Assembly: GCA_049969495.1 (NCBI GenBank)
Contig: JBMFOT010000008.1
Location: 2,136-66,135, forward strand
Source of the DNA: Armatimonadota bacterium
GTDB lineage: Bacteria > Armatimonadota > HRBIN16
Length of the DNA: 64,000 nucleotides
Reading direction: 5' to 3'
Below the pieces are notes generated by a model. The model did not search any database. It was not told where the DNA came from and saw only the letters and a program-made list of their open reading frames with translations. Below are positions 1 through 10,205 of this stretch, one piece after another. The stretch's first letter is position 1; each line of letters begins with the position of its first letter. Position numbers and translations under genes: made by a program.

Positions 1-1871
1 TGGTGGTCACCGCAGGCAGCGAACCGCCTCGCCAATACTACATCCAGCCCACCGAATACAGCAATCTGAAGTGGTTCATGTTCATCCCGGCGGTGCGTGT
101 GAAGGCTTCGCCGGTGGTGGCGGGCGATGTGGTCTACCTGTCGGCGATGGTGGATGCGCCGGGTGTGCAGGTGGCAACGGTGATTGCGGTTTCGGCGGAC
201 CCCACCGCGACCGACCCCAGCATCCAGCAGGGCGACGATGTGCCGTTAATCACTCAAGATTCGGACAAGCCGAACCATGTGCTGTGGCCCGCGCTGGGCA
301 AGCCAGCCGATTACGGCTACGACCCGAACAACCCGGCAACGTGGGGCCCGTCGTTGATCAATTTATTGACCGCCACCCTGGAAGAGCTTCGCCGGGCGCA
401 GGTGGGCACGCAGGGCATTGCGGCGGTCGCGGCATCTAACGGGCTGTTGGCGGCGGTGGGTGACACGGGCATCAAGGTCTTCGAGCGGCAGATGACGCTG
501 ATTGCCGATAGCCATCGGCTGCTGGAGATGGACCCGGGCGGCAAGGTAGCCTGGAGCATGGACGCCAGCAGGCTGTGGGGTACAGCATCGGGTGGTTCTG
601 CGCCGGTGGTCAGCGTGGCTCCGACCTCCGTAGCGCGCCCCGCCCGGGTGTACCGTACCAGCGCGAACGAGATGATCGTGGTGGATACCGGTAACAACCG
701 CATCGTGTGGGTGGATAAGTCGGGCAACGTGGTGTCGGAGCTGCGCCGCTTCGAGAACCCGCCACGTCTCAATCTGTCTGACCTGAGCAAGCCGCCTGCG
801 CCTCTCGCCCCGGGCGACCCGCACGAGCTGCGCGAGCCACAGGACGTGAATATCTACACCGAATATGTACCGAAACAGGGCGCGGGCGGTAATCGGCTCA
901 ACCCGTTCGAGGATGCACAGGACCTGGAGTTCTGGGTGCACTATCTGATTGCCGACACAGGCAACGGACGGCTAATCGACGTGATAGACCGCTACGCTGC
1001 GGATACAAACACCGGCGCGGTGGGTCCGTTAATAGCGGCGCGACAGCTGTTCTGGACGAGTGCAGAGGGTGCGGAACGGCGCAAGTATCGCTATACAGGC
1101 GTGCAGCGCATCGTTTCGGGCTACCGCAATGGCGCACCCGTGTTTACGCTGGTGGCGACGGTGGCGAACTACCGCGTACGCCCCGACGGAACCGGTGAGG
1201 AGGGCGTTGGGGGCACGGTCATGGTGCGCACCATCGGCGCGGGGCTGGACATCACCGAAGCGTTCAGCGAGGTGCTGTTGCCCAACGAGCCGCTGGGTTC
1301 GAACAATCGCGTGCCTATCGGCAGTCCCAACAGCGTGCAGGTCTATCCGGTGCGCTACGACAGCGCCACAGGAAGCGTCGTGTACAACATCGTGCTGGCG
1401 ACGGACAAGGGTGTGTTTGACCTCGAGCGGCTCGCGCCCAACCAGTGGCGCATCAAGTGGCGGTTGACCGACGAGGTCTATCGAAGCCTGACCCACCTGC
1501 GTGACCGCATCCGGGGCCCGCAGCCGGTGGACGTATACATCAGTCGCGCCATTCCGCTGTGGGCGGTCAGCGCAGTGCGATTGCCCAACGGACACTACCT
1601 GATAGCGAACGCCTATCGCGGTATGCTACCCGATAGCAGCCGATTCAGCGGTGAGGTGTTCGAGATAGACCCCAGCAACTACAACCCGGGCGCCACTCGC
1701 ACCGAGAACGAGATAGACGGTCCGCACACCTACTTGACCGACGGGATGCGACCCGAGGACATCGTGTGGTGGACGCCCAGACGGGTGAAAAGCTGGGCGA
1801 ACATCAATGAGGTGGTCAGCAGCGATTCGTACCGGATCGATACGCCGTTCTACGCGGACAGACCGTTCTAA
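1..1871 (+). CDS. C-terminal part of a large NHL/beta-propeller-like protein (5' truncated by window)
   Basis: Open frame from the window edge. NHL-like blades: IVVDTGNNRIV, YLIADTGNGRLI, AVRLPNGHYLIAN. Confidence 0.75.
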   Translation, partial: VVTAGSEPPRQYYIQPTEYSNLKWFMFIPAVRVKASPVVAGDVVYLSAMVDAPGVQVATVIAVSADPTATDPSIQQGDDVPLITQDSDKPNHVLWPALGKPADYGYDPNNPATWGPSLINLLTATLEELRRAQVGTQGIAAVAASNGLLAAVGDTGIKVFERQMTLIADSHRLLEMDPGGKVAWSMDASRLWGTASGGSAPVVSVAPTSVARPARVYRTSANEMIVVDTGNNRIVWVDKSGNVVSELRRFENPPRLNLSDLSKPPAPLAPGDPHELREPQDVNIYTEYVPKQGAGGNRLNPFEDAQDLEFWVHYLIADTGNGRLIDVIDRYAADTNTGAVGPLIAARQLFWTSAEGAERRKYRYTGVQRIVSGYRNGAPVFTLVATVANYRVRPDGTGEEGVGGTVMVRTIGAGLDITEAFSEVLLPNEPLGSNNRVPIGSPNSVQVYPVRYDSATGSVVYNIVLATDKGVFDLERLAPNQWRIKWRLTDEVYRSLTHLRDRIRGPQPVDVYISRAIPLWAVSAVRLPNGHYLIANAYRGMLPDSSRFSGEVFEIDPSNYNPGATRTENEIDGPHTYLTDGMRPEDIVWWTPRRVKSWANINEVVSSDSYRIDTPFYADRPF

Positions 1872-1881
1872 TGGTGAGTAA

Positions 1882-1958
1882 CCTGTTATTCTGAGCGAAG
1901 CGAAGAATCTCGATGTCGCGGTAGATAGAGATGCTTCGCTATCGCTCAGCATGACAGG
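1882..1958. repeat. Long imperfect palindrome (REP-like hairpin)
   Basis: CCTGTTATTCTGAGCGAAGCGAAGAATCTC (1882-1911) pairs with GAGATGCTTCGCTATCGCTCAGCATGACAGG (1928-1958). Confidence 0.8.
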
Positions 1959-1988
1959 GGGAACGTCTGGCGGAAGCAGTCGCGCCTA

Positions 1989-2016
1989 TCTGGAGGGCGA
2001 GGCTCCTGCCGAGCCG
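1989..2016 (+). repeat. Short intergenic dispersed repeat, copy 1
   Basis: TCTGGAGGGCGAGGCTCCTGCCGAGCCG; 22/28 identical to 60013-60040. Confidence 0.6.
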
Positions 2017-2131
2017 TTATGCGTTACAAAGACAACATGGGCGCTTTAGCGAACGAACTTCCTGCGAATCTCGTCAAAAAGCATGGAAGAGTAAATAGAC
2101 CACTGCCGAGTGAAGCGAGGTTGGGATAGAC

Positions 2132-5100
2132 ATGGCAACAGCGAGAACATGGTTGCTGGCTTGTGTCGTTGGAAGCATACTGCTTGGACAGTATGCCGCT
2201 TGGGCGGACGATTTTCCAATGTTCCGCCGCGATCCCCAACGTACGGGTGCAACAAACCTGAGCACAGAACCCGGTCCGGGCAGGGCGTACCTGCGCTGGT
2301 GGTGGCCTGCTCAGCAAGATAGAGGTATCACCCTGGAGATCGACCGCGATGGGGTCAATCGTGCAGGTGATTACGCGGTGATACAGGGCGCGGTAACTAC
2401 CATCCAGATTACCGACCCCAACGCGGTGACCGACGGGTTCCGCGATTCGTACGACTACGCTACTGCGGTGAACCCCAGCAGTGCAGACGACCCGACCAGC
2501 GGTGCCACAGTGGTGGTGCGCTGGCGCAACGCCACCCCCAACGAGCTCGATCCGAACGACCCTGCTTATAACCCGCTTGTTGCCAGACCCACTCGCTATC
2601 AAATCGCCGTGTGGTTCCCCTCCAGTGGAACAATCATTGGAACAACCAGGAAACAGAACGCCCGGGGAGCGGTGGTCAAAGTTCGCTATCCCGTGGGGGC
2701 CAACGATTATAAAGAGATTATTCTGGTGATAGACCAGACGACTGGTGGAAGATGGGTGCGGCTAGGAACAGCGGGGAGCACTGCATATCTTTACAACCAA
2801 AGCAGCGGTAAATGGGAACGCACCCAGTTGCGCTCCGACCTGATGTTTCCCTTCGACGGTCGTCGTCCGGTAGAGGTGTATGCTTACAATACATCTACCC
2901 ATACCGACGAAGACGGCAATTTCGACGATGCCGGACGGCTGGTGGTGTTCGACGGCGTGCGCTTTATGCCAGATTTAGGAGCGTTCTACTCCTCGCCCGT
3001 GGCGGCAACGATACAGGTAGCACCCGGACAGCTCGCGCAGCGCGTGTTTATCGGGCGAATCGAGCGTGTTCCCGATGAGAGCGACCCCATCGCCAGCGTG
3101 GAGATCGGCGTGATGTACTGCTTTGACAACGCCGGGCGCGTGGTGTGGCGATACCCGCTGAACGTTACCGGTCAGCGGGCAGTGACGGTGGACGATGCGG
3201 ATGGTGCACCAACCTTCCAGGCGGATGCCGCGTGGACAGTGCCGGGCACACTGCAACCCGACCCGTTTGGCACAAGCTACGTGCAGGCTACCGTCATCGG
3301 CACTACTGACCCCACCACATGGTCACGCGTGCGCTGGCAGCCCGACCTGCAGCCCTCCAACGGCGCGGAAACAGCCCGATATACCATCTATGTTTGGCTG
3401 CCGCAGGACGACGGCACGGTGAACCGTACCAGGGTCGCACGCTACATTGTGCACCACGAAGAGGGCGACACGGTGGTGGAGATAGACCAGACGCAGAACA
3501 CCGCGGGCGGACGGTGGTTCAGCCTGGGCACCTACCTGATGCGGCAGGGCACCACCAATTACGTGGAGCTGGTGAACTACAGCCGCGTTGCCAGCGAAGT
3601 GACCGAAGGGCGCGTGGTGATTGCCGATGCGGCGCGATTTGTGGAACAGGGAACCGGATCCAGCGGTATCTTCTCCACGCCTATTGTGCAAACAGTGCCC
3701 ATGCGGTTGTCGGGAGGAACTACTGCCGACAGGCAGGTGGTCTTCTTCTCTGCCAACGATGGCAAGGTGTATGCTCTAGACGCCATAGGCAATGGCGATG
3801 GTACCACCTTCTCGTACTGGGTGTGGCCTCAGGAGCCGTTGAACGAGCGTCCTGTGGTGGGTTCCTTTGGCTACTCCTCGCCGGTAGTGGTCAACATCGG
3901 CACCAGCGGAACCCCCGATTGGCGACTGTACGTGGCGAACTCCAACGGGCGGGTGTACTGTCTGGACGTCAGGGGCAACGGCGATTTCAGCGCGAACAAC
4001 CCCGGCACGACCGACCGCATCTGGGTTTACCCGGCGGCGGATAAGGCGGCAATAGTGGGCGGTTTCGTTTCCTCGCCTGCATACAACAGAACGAGCGGTG
4101 AGGGACCCACCATCTTTGTAGGCGGTCTGGATGGACGGTTGTATGCGCTCAACGCCGAAGGCTCGGGCGGTACCACCACCGAACGCTGGATTTACCCGGG
4201 CAAGTACGAGCCCGCCTCCGGTAACGACCCCGTCCTGCCGGAGGAACTGCCGTTAGACCCCATCTCCACCACGCCCGCCGTGTTCGACGGCAAAGTGTAC
4301 TTCGCAGCGGCGGATGGGCGTGTGTACTGCGTGAAGGAGAAGGGCACGGGTCGCCGACGCACCGAGCGGGTATGGGTGTGGCCCTACGCTCAGCGACCGC
4401 CGATTAGCACTGTCGGCGACGAAGAGCCTGTGGAGCCGTTCCTGTACTCCTCGCCGGCGGTAGCGGCGCAGGTGAACACCATTACCGGTGTACGCGACGT
4501 GGTGTTTATCGGCGACCGGGGAGGTACCGTCTACGCGCTGGATGCGCAGGGCACAGGCAACGGCAGGACCGAGCTGGTCTGGCAGGATGTGCGGGACCCG
4601 TTGAACCCAGTGCCCTCCGGCAGTGGTTCGCTGGGCGCGTCGGTGTACTCGTCCATTACCTTCACCCAGATTATCCCGAGCCGTTCGCCGACGGGCACGC
4701 CTCCTGTACCTGCGGTGGTGTTCGGTTTAATGGACGGCAAAGTGCTCGCGCTGAACGCCTTCAACGGCGGTCCGGGCACCTTCCGGCAGGTGCTGGACAA
4801 TAATAATAACCTCATCAACGTGCGAGGCGACGTGATATGGGGCTGGCAGACGCTGGGCGAGCAGGTGTTCGCGTCGCCGGCGGTCGCCAACAACTGGATG
4901 TACATCGCTGGCGACGACGGCATTATCTATGCCTTCTCACCCACCGGTGGCTACCTGACGCCGGGCGAACCGCCTGGCGCGGAACTGGTGGACGTTGCGC
5001 TCAGCCCCAACCTGGCGAACCTGAAAGTGGAGGTGTTTACCGCCGAGGAGTACGCCGACATCGTGCAGCGACGTACTCGCACGCCCGAAGAGGTGGTCGC

Positions 5101-8100
5101 CGGTGGGCATACGCGCAAAATCGGCTACGAGTGGGGCGATACGGTGTACGTCATCGCCTACGGCATGCAGGGGCTGGTGCCGCCTGCGCGTTCGGTGACG
5201 CTTACCCTGCGTAGTCGCGCCGCCACGGTCAACCGTACGGTAGGCGTGGTGCCTTACGGCACGGATGTGGGTGTAAACCAGAAGTGGATGGCGTACCACG
5301 CCTTCCGTATCACCCCCACCCAGGACGGTGACGCCTGGACGCCGGGTGCACGCTACACCGCGGCGGTGCGGGTGACCTCCACCACCACCAGCGGAGGCGG
5401 TCAGCAGACCGCTACCATGACGCTGGAGCGTACCCCGGAGCCGTACTTCGAGTTCACCATCGCCCATCCGCTGGCGCTACGCATCCTGAACCCGGATGGC
5501 ACGGTGAACCCGAGCCTGGAGGTAGGCTGGATCGGGCAGACAGTGGTAGGCGGTTCGGTGCCGCAAGAGCTGAGCATGAACGGTAACGCGGGCACGTTCC
5601 TGCAGCTGGAGCTGGGGTTGGTACCCCATGGCGCCAGCAGTGCACGCCTGATCCAGATTGCCGACCGTTCCAAGGTGGCTCTGTTGGGCGGTGACCCGCT
5701 GCGGGTGAAGGTACAGCGAGCGAACGTCGCCTGGCACAATAATGATGACGGCTCGCTGGCGGTGATCAACCCGCTGCCATGGGACGAACTGCCCGTGAAC
5801 ATCCCGAACACCAGCGTGGATTATCCCGACATTCCCGAACGCGCGGTGAAGGTGGCGGCAGGTGGTGTGGACCTGTACGCTTCCTCGCGGGGTGGTGCAC
5901 TGGCTGCTCCCACCGACCCGGTGGGCGTTGCTCCCGACTGGACAAGCTGGACACTGGTGCCCACCGTCGGGGAGGTCAGTGTGCAGGTACCGCAGTTCCA
6001 GCCGGCGAACCTCGTGGGATTTGATGGCAGCAACCCGTTCACCGCACGCGGTTACGCTACCCGCATCCGCCGACCGATTCGCATCTACGTGGACGTGAAC
6101 AACAACGGTCAACTCGACCTACCTGGCGGTACTGCGTTGAGGCAAACGCCTCCCGTGACTCGTGAAGAACCGTATCGTGAGTTCCGCATCACACTAGGCG
6201 TGCCGCCGGACATGCGCCTGCGGGTGGAGGAGGAGACCGTGGATATCGGCGCGGTGCCGCACGGCTTCGGCGTCCATCCCGACCCGTCCACGCACGCCTT
6301 CCGGCCACCCATATCAGACAGCGACCCCACATACCTGAACGACCCATGGTACCAGGCGTTGAAACCGTTCTGGAAGCCGTTTACCGTGCGCAGTCTCAGC
6401 AACGTCAACCTGCTGAACGTGCGCGCAGTGGGGTCGGTCGATTATCTGGATGCGGGCGGCAACCCGCTGTTCCAGAACCCGTTGCCCGTCACCCTGATGA
6501 GTGACCAGGTGAACCCGTACTACTGGGAAGTCAGCCCCATCGGCGACCCGACTTTCACCTTCCACAAGCCTGCACTGACCGCCGGTTGGGTGCGCCGACC
6601 GGACGGCAGTGTGGTGCAGCAGAACGTGTTCACCTCGCTCGACCTGGTTTATGACCCGATGTGGCTGGCGTTCCGCCCGCCGCAGTATCAGGGCTTCCCG
6701 GGGATGCACACGTTGCACAAACCACGCCCCGATAGCAGTCCGACAGTGCTGTCTATACCCGACAAGCCCTATCCGGGCGCAGCCGGCGGTGCGTTCGATA
6801 ACGTCACGACCGCCAAGCCGCTGGTCAGCGTGCAGGTTCCGCTCGGCACGCCGGCAGGAACCTACAGCAACTACATCCGCATCTTCGAGGCGGCGTCGTG
6901 GAGCCCGTACGTGCTGGGCATTCAGGCGAACAACGAGCCGGCACAGCCCATCAGCGAACCTACCATGCGCGTGAAGGTGACGGTCACCGAATCGCGCCTG
7001 ACCAACAGTGCGTCGCGTGGCTCCTTGCCCCAGGTGGACACCGTGTGGCAGGGCATTCCACCGCAACCCGGACAGCCCGGCTATCTGGCGGCGAACGTGC
7101 AGCCTGCTGCGCTGATGTTGCCGGATGGAATGCTTCTGGCATGGAGCAGCAACTGGAGCCGAAATCGCATCACCGAAGACGGAAGCGACAGCTATCGCGA
7201 GACGCAGCCTTCCGGCAGCAACGCCTGGTTCCTGCATCTTGCGGTGCTACCTCGCGATATACAGCGAGGTGTGTGGACCCCTGCCCTACCCACGCAATGG
7301 TGGAGCGGGCGCAGTGTGGAGTATCCGCGCGATCCCACCAACAGCTCCGTGCGCGACAAGTACGGCAGGCTGTTCACCACCCAGCCGGGTACGGTGATAC
7401 CCTCTTCCATCAAGCACTACTCGCCCGCCTTCTTCGTGGTGGGCGGACAGCCCTACCTGCTGTGGCAGGGACAGGCAGCGAAGAGGCAGGATAACGGTGT
7501 TGTTCTCACGGAAAACGTCACCTTCGTTGCGCCCATAGTCAACGGCGTGCCCGGAACCCCTGTCGCGCTCGGCAACGATGCTGCACTACCGCGCTTCCAG
7601 CCGCGTGTGGTGGTGGTAGGCAGCACGCCGGTGATGTTCTGGTACAGCGGTGCGAGCGGGCGTTACACCATTTACTACAACGCCTGCCTGGGCAACCCGC
7701 TGAACCCAAGCGCGTGGACACGCGACCAGCAGCTGCCGGTGCCTGCCGTAGTGACCAACGCCTTTGAACCCTTAGCCATCCCGCGCCAGGGGGCTATCGA
7801 CGTCATCTATACCGCGTCTACCAAGACGCGCCAGACCAACGAACTGATACTCACCCGCTTCACGCTGGGCGGCGGAGGCAGACTGGTTCCGGTGAACCTG
7901 CCGTCGGTACGCGGTGAGGTGCTGCAGCGCATCGGAACCACGAATGTGTGGATGTCGCGCGACCTGTCGTGGGCACGTGGAGAGCGCATCCGCATCTGGC
8001 GTGTAGGCGACCCGCACCCGCTGGCAGCCAACGACATCCAGCAGTCGGGCGACCCGGCGGTATACTGGTACGACCAGCGATACGATTCGAACACAGGCAT

Positions 8101-8968
8101 CCTGTACCTGACCCGCTACACCGATAGCGCGCGCACGCAAATCGACTGGCAGGCGGTTATTGACCTGTCAGCAGGCACGGTGACGTTCCCGTACCGCGCT
8201 CCTGCCCGCACCGATGTGGTGTTCGCGGATTACACGCCGCGCGCGATGCGCCTCACCGCGAACCACGGCTGGAACTCGCTGGTGCCCAATGATGGCGTGC
8301 CCGTGCCTCAGCCTATCGCCTTCTACGCGGGGGCAAACAGCGCGCCCACCGGTGGGCTGGAGAAATCGCAGAACCCGCGCTGGAAGTACATCCTGCCCGC
8401 GCTGAATAACCCCACGCAGTCGCCGCCGGTAGACAGGCTGTGGCTATTCTACCGTAAGTCCACCGGCTCCACACCGGCAGAGGTGTTTGTGGTGAAGACG
8501 ATGCGTCTGGGGGTGCAACTGCCTGCGCCCGTGTTCACTCCGGTGATCACCGACGGGCAGGGCGAGCGGCGTCCCGATGTGTCGGGTGTGGTGGTAACCG
8601 GCATCAGCGCACCCGTCGGCCCGGTAGAGGTGGACTTCGCACGAGGGCGGATCTACTTCACCGAGGCAGACGAAGGCAAACTGGTCAGCATCACCTACAC
8701 TGCTCTGGATACGCAGGGCAACCCGGAGGCGTCGCCTCGCACAGTGGTTGGCGTAGTGCGCTGGATCGACGAGACCTCCGAAGCCACGGAAGGCTCGCAG
8801 GCGATGGTGCCGCTGGTGGGCGCGACCAGTGAGAGCGGGCTGTTCGCGCTGAAGGACGAGTTCGAGCCGAAAGTGTGGCTGTTCTGGAGCAGCACGCGCG
8901 CCGGCACCAGTGACCTGTTCTTCCAGACGTTCAGTCCGAGGCTCTACCCCGATGTGATCGTACCCTAA
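2132..8968 (+). CDS. Giant (2278 aa) secreted PQQ-like beta-propeller protein with two golvesin-like domains
   Basis: Signal peptide ending AWA|DDFPMFRRDPQRTG. Many S[ST]PAV...DG.VYAL blades. Two GGRW..LGT / VIADAARF-type domains. Confidence 0.85.
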   Translation: MATARTWLLACVVGSILLGQYAAWADDFPMFRRDPQRTGATNLSTEPGPGRAYLRWWWPAQQDRGITLEIDRDGVNRAGDYAVIQGAVTTIQITDPNAVTDGFRDSYDYATAVNPSSADDPTSGATVVVRWRNATPNELDPNDPAYNPLVARPTRYQIAVWFPSSGTIIGTTRKQNARGAVVKVRYPVGANDYKEIILVIDQTTGGRWVRLGTAGSTAYLYNQSSGKWERTQLRSDLMFPFDGRRPVEVYAYNTSTHTDEDGNFDDAGRLVVFDGVRFMPDLGAFYSSPVAATIQVAPGQLAQRVFIGRIERVPDESDPIASVEIGVMYCFDNAGRVVWRYPLNVTGQRAVTVDDADGAPTFQADAAWTVPGTLQPDPFGTSYVQATVIGTTDPTTWSRVRWQPDLQPSNGAETARYTIYVWLPQDDGTVNRTRVARYIVHHEEGDTVVEIDQTQNTAGGRWFSLGTYLMRQGTTNYVELVNYSRVASEVTEGRVVIADAARFVEQGTGSSGIFSTPIVQTVPMRLSGGTTADRQVVFFSANDGKVYALDAIGNGDGTTFSYWVWPQEPLNERPVVGSFGYSSPVVVNIGTSGTPDWRLYVANSNGRVYCLDVRGNGDFSANNPGTTDRIWVYPAADKAAIVGGFVSSPAYNRTSGEGPTIFVGGLDGRLYALNAEGSGGTTTERWIYPGKYEPASGNDPVLPEELPLDPISTTPAVFDGKVYFAAADGRVYCVKEKGTGRRRTERVWVWPYAQRPPISTVGDEEPVEPFLYSSPAVAAQVNTITGVRDVVFIGDRGGTVYALDAQGTGNGRTELVWQDVRDPLNPVPSGSGSLGASVYSSITFTQIIPSRSPTGTPPVPAVVFGLMDGKVLALNAFNGGPGTFRQVLDNNNNLINVRGDVIWGWQTLGEQVFASPAVANNWMYIAGDDGIIYAFSPTGGYLTPGEPPGAELVDVALSPNLANLKVEVFTAEEYADIVQRRTRTPEEVVAGGHTRKIGYEWGDTVYVIAYGMQGLVPPARSVTLTLRSRAATVNRTVGVVPYGTDVGVNQKWMAYHAFRITPTQDGDAWTPGARYTAAVRVTSTTTSGGGQQTATMTLERTPEPYFEFTIAHPLALRILNPDGTVNPSLEVGWIGQTVVGGSVPQELSMNGNAGTFLQLELGLVPHGASSARLIQIADRSKVALLGGDPLRVKVQRANVAWHNNDDGSLAVINPLPWDELPVNIPNTSVDYPDIPERAVKVAAGGVDLYASSRGGALAAPTDPVGVAPDWTSWTLVPTVGEVSVQVPQFQPANLVGFDGSNPFTARGYATRIRRPIRIYVDVNNNGQLDLPGGTALRQTPPVTREEPYREFRITLGVPPDMRLRVEEETVDIGAVPHGFGVHPDPSTHAFRPPISDSDPTYLNDPWYQALKPFWKPFTVRSLSNVNLLNVRAVGSVDYLDAGGNPLFQNPLPVTLMSDQVNPYYWEVSPIGDPTFTFHKPALTAGWVRRPDGSVVQQNVFTSLDLVYDPMWLAFRPPQYQGFPGMHTLHKPRPDSSPTVLSIPDKPYPGAAGGAFDNVTTAKPLVSVQVPLGTPAGTYSNYIRIFEAASWSPYVLGIQANNEPAQPISEPTMRVKVTVTESRLTNSASRGSLPQVDTVWQGIPPQPGQPGYLAANVQPAALMLPDGMLLAWSSNWSRNRITEDGSDSYRETQPSGSNAWFLHLAVLPRDIQRGVWTPALPTQWWSGRSVEYPRDPTNSSVRDKYGRLFTTQPGTVIPSSIKHYSPAFFVVGGQPYLLWQGQAAKRQDNGVVLTENVTFVAPIVNGVPGTPVALGNDAALPRFQPRVVVVGSTPVMFWYSGASGRYTIYYNACLGNPLNPSAWTRDQQLPVPAVVTNAFEPLAIPRQGAIDVIYTASTKTRQTNELILTRFTLGGGGRLVPVNLPSVRGEVLQRIGTTNVWMSRDLSWARGERIRIWRVGDPHPLAANDIQQSGDPAVYWYDQRYDSNTGILYLTRYTDSARTQIDWQAVIDLSAGTVTFPYRAPARTDVVFADYTPRAMRLTANHGWNSLVPNDGVPVPQPIAFYAGANSAPTGGLEKSQNPRWKYILPALNNPTQSPPVDRLWLFYRKSTGSTPAEVFVVKTMRLGVQLPAPVFTPVITDGQGERRPDVSGVVVTGISAPVGPVEVDFARGRIYFTEADEGKLVSITYTALDTQGNPEASPRTVVGVVRWIDETSEATEGSQAMVPLVGATSESGLFALKDEFEPKVWLFWSSTRAGTSDLFFQTFSPRLYPDVIVP

Positions 8969-8988
8969 GGGGTAGTGTCCCCCACCCC

Positions 8989-9022
8989 ACCCCTCTCCCA
9001 ACCGCTTGGGAGAGGGGTTTTT
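8989..9022 (+). terminator. Intrinsic terminator / CCCCTCTCCC-type palindrome
   Basis: ACCCCTCTCCCAA-ccgc-TTGGGAGAGGGGT followed by a T-run, just after the stop at 8968. Confidence 0.7.
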
Positions 9023-9084
9023 GTTTACCGGGTTCCACGCGGGTGCTTCGCCCCAGGGTTTGCGCTCGGGTTTAATCATTTCCT

Positions 9085-9112
9085 TTGCGAAAGGGACGTG
9101 ATATGCTATATT
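9085..9112 (+). promoter_or_regulatory. Putative sigma70 promoter of the MTase-scpAB operon
   Basis: TTGCGA-16 nt-TATATT with an extended -10 TG. Confidence 0.45.
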
Positions 9113-9194
9113 ATAGGGACTGAAAGGTTGGGGGGAGGGTGTTCCTGGCTTACAAGATGGGCAATAATAGCCGGGAAACCCAGGAGAGCTGCCT

Positions 9195-10205
9195 ATGCGC
9201 GAAGAAAGAGTGGGCGAACAGGTGAGCTTGCTGTATGTGCCGGTACCTGCCGAGCGCGTAGAAGCCCGTCCGGAAGAGGACTGGGACTACGCGACGGCGG
9301 ACACGAAAACACATACACACGGATTTCATCCCTATCCTGCGATGATGATACCGCAGGTGGCACGTCGCCTGATTCGGATGTACGGTCGGACAGGCTACAC
9401 CCTATTAGACCCCTTCTGCGGTTCTGGCACTTCTCTAGTGGAAGCACGGTTATCCGGCATCAACGCCTATGGCATAGACCTGAATCCTTTAGCGGTGCTG
9501 CTCGCGCGGGTGAAATCAACACCTCTACCGGATGCGCTGGCGATTTTCCTCGCGAAGGCAGAGGCAAATATAGCCGGTATGGCACAGTTTGTCAGCGAGG
9601 TGAAAGGGGAACACTGGGTACAGGTGATGCAGGGCGATATGCGCGTTCGCCAGCCGATACCTAGCGAGACCATAGACTTGGTGGTCACTTCTCCTCCCTA
9701 CGGCGACTCGCACACGACGGTGGCTTATGGGCAGTTTTCGAGACTTTCGCTGCAGTGGCTGGGCTTGCCGGATGAGGAAGCGAAGAGTGTCGACTCTCGT
9801 GCTCTTGGCGGGAAGCAGGTGGACATAGAGACGCTACCCTACCCTTCTCAAACGTTGGAGGCAACCTACGAACAGATCGCTCAGAGCGAGAGAAGGCGTG
9901 CCCGTCAGGTGCGTGCTTTTTATGATGACTTTGCCCTCTGTCTCGCTGAAATCACGCGTGTGTGTCGAAAAGGGGCGATAGCCTGTTTTGTGGTGGGCAA
10001 CCGCACAGTGAGGGGAGTGAAGATACCGACAGATACGATACTGGTGGAGATGGCGGAAGGGTTTGGTTGGCGATTCGTGGAGGCGTTCGAGAGGCGTATC
10101 CCCAATAAAAGGATGCCCCTACGCAATAGTCCGAGCAATGTGCCCGGTGAGCAGGGCGAAACGATGCTCGGGGAGACTATCGTCGTATTGGAGGCTACTT
10201 GCTGA
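9195..10205 (+). CDS. Orphan N4-cytosine DNA methyltransferase (M.MvaI-like), apparently internally shortened
   Basis: HPYPAMMIPQ, motif I DPFCGSGT, motif IV TSPPYGDS.TTVAYGQFSRLS. No adjacent endonuclease. Confidence 0.8.
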   Translation: MREERVGEQVSLLYVPVPAERVEARPEEDWDYATADTKTHTHGFHPYPAMMIPQVARRLIRMYGRTGYTLLDPFCGSGTSLVEARLSGINAYGIDLNPLAVLLARVKSTPLPDALAIFLAKAEANIAGMAQFVSEVKGEHWVQVMQGDMRVRQPIPSETIDLVVTSPPYGDSHTTVAYGQFSRLSLQWLGLPDEEAKSVDSRALGGKQVDIETLPYPSQTLEATYEQIAQSERRRARQVRAFYDDFALCLAEITRVCRKGAIACFVVGNRTVRGVKIPTDTILVEMAEGFGWRFVEAFERRIPNKRMPLRNSPSNVPGEQGETMLGETIVVLEATC

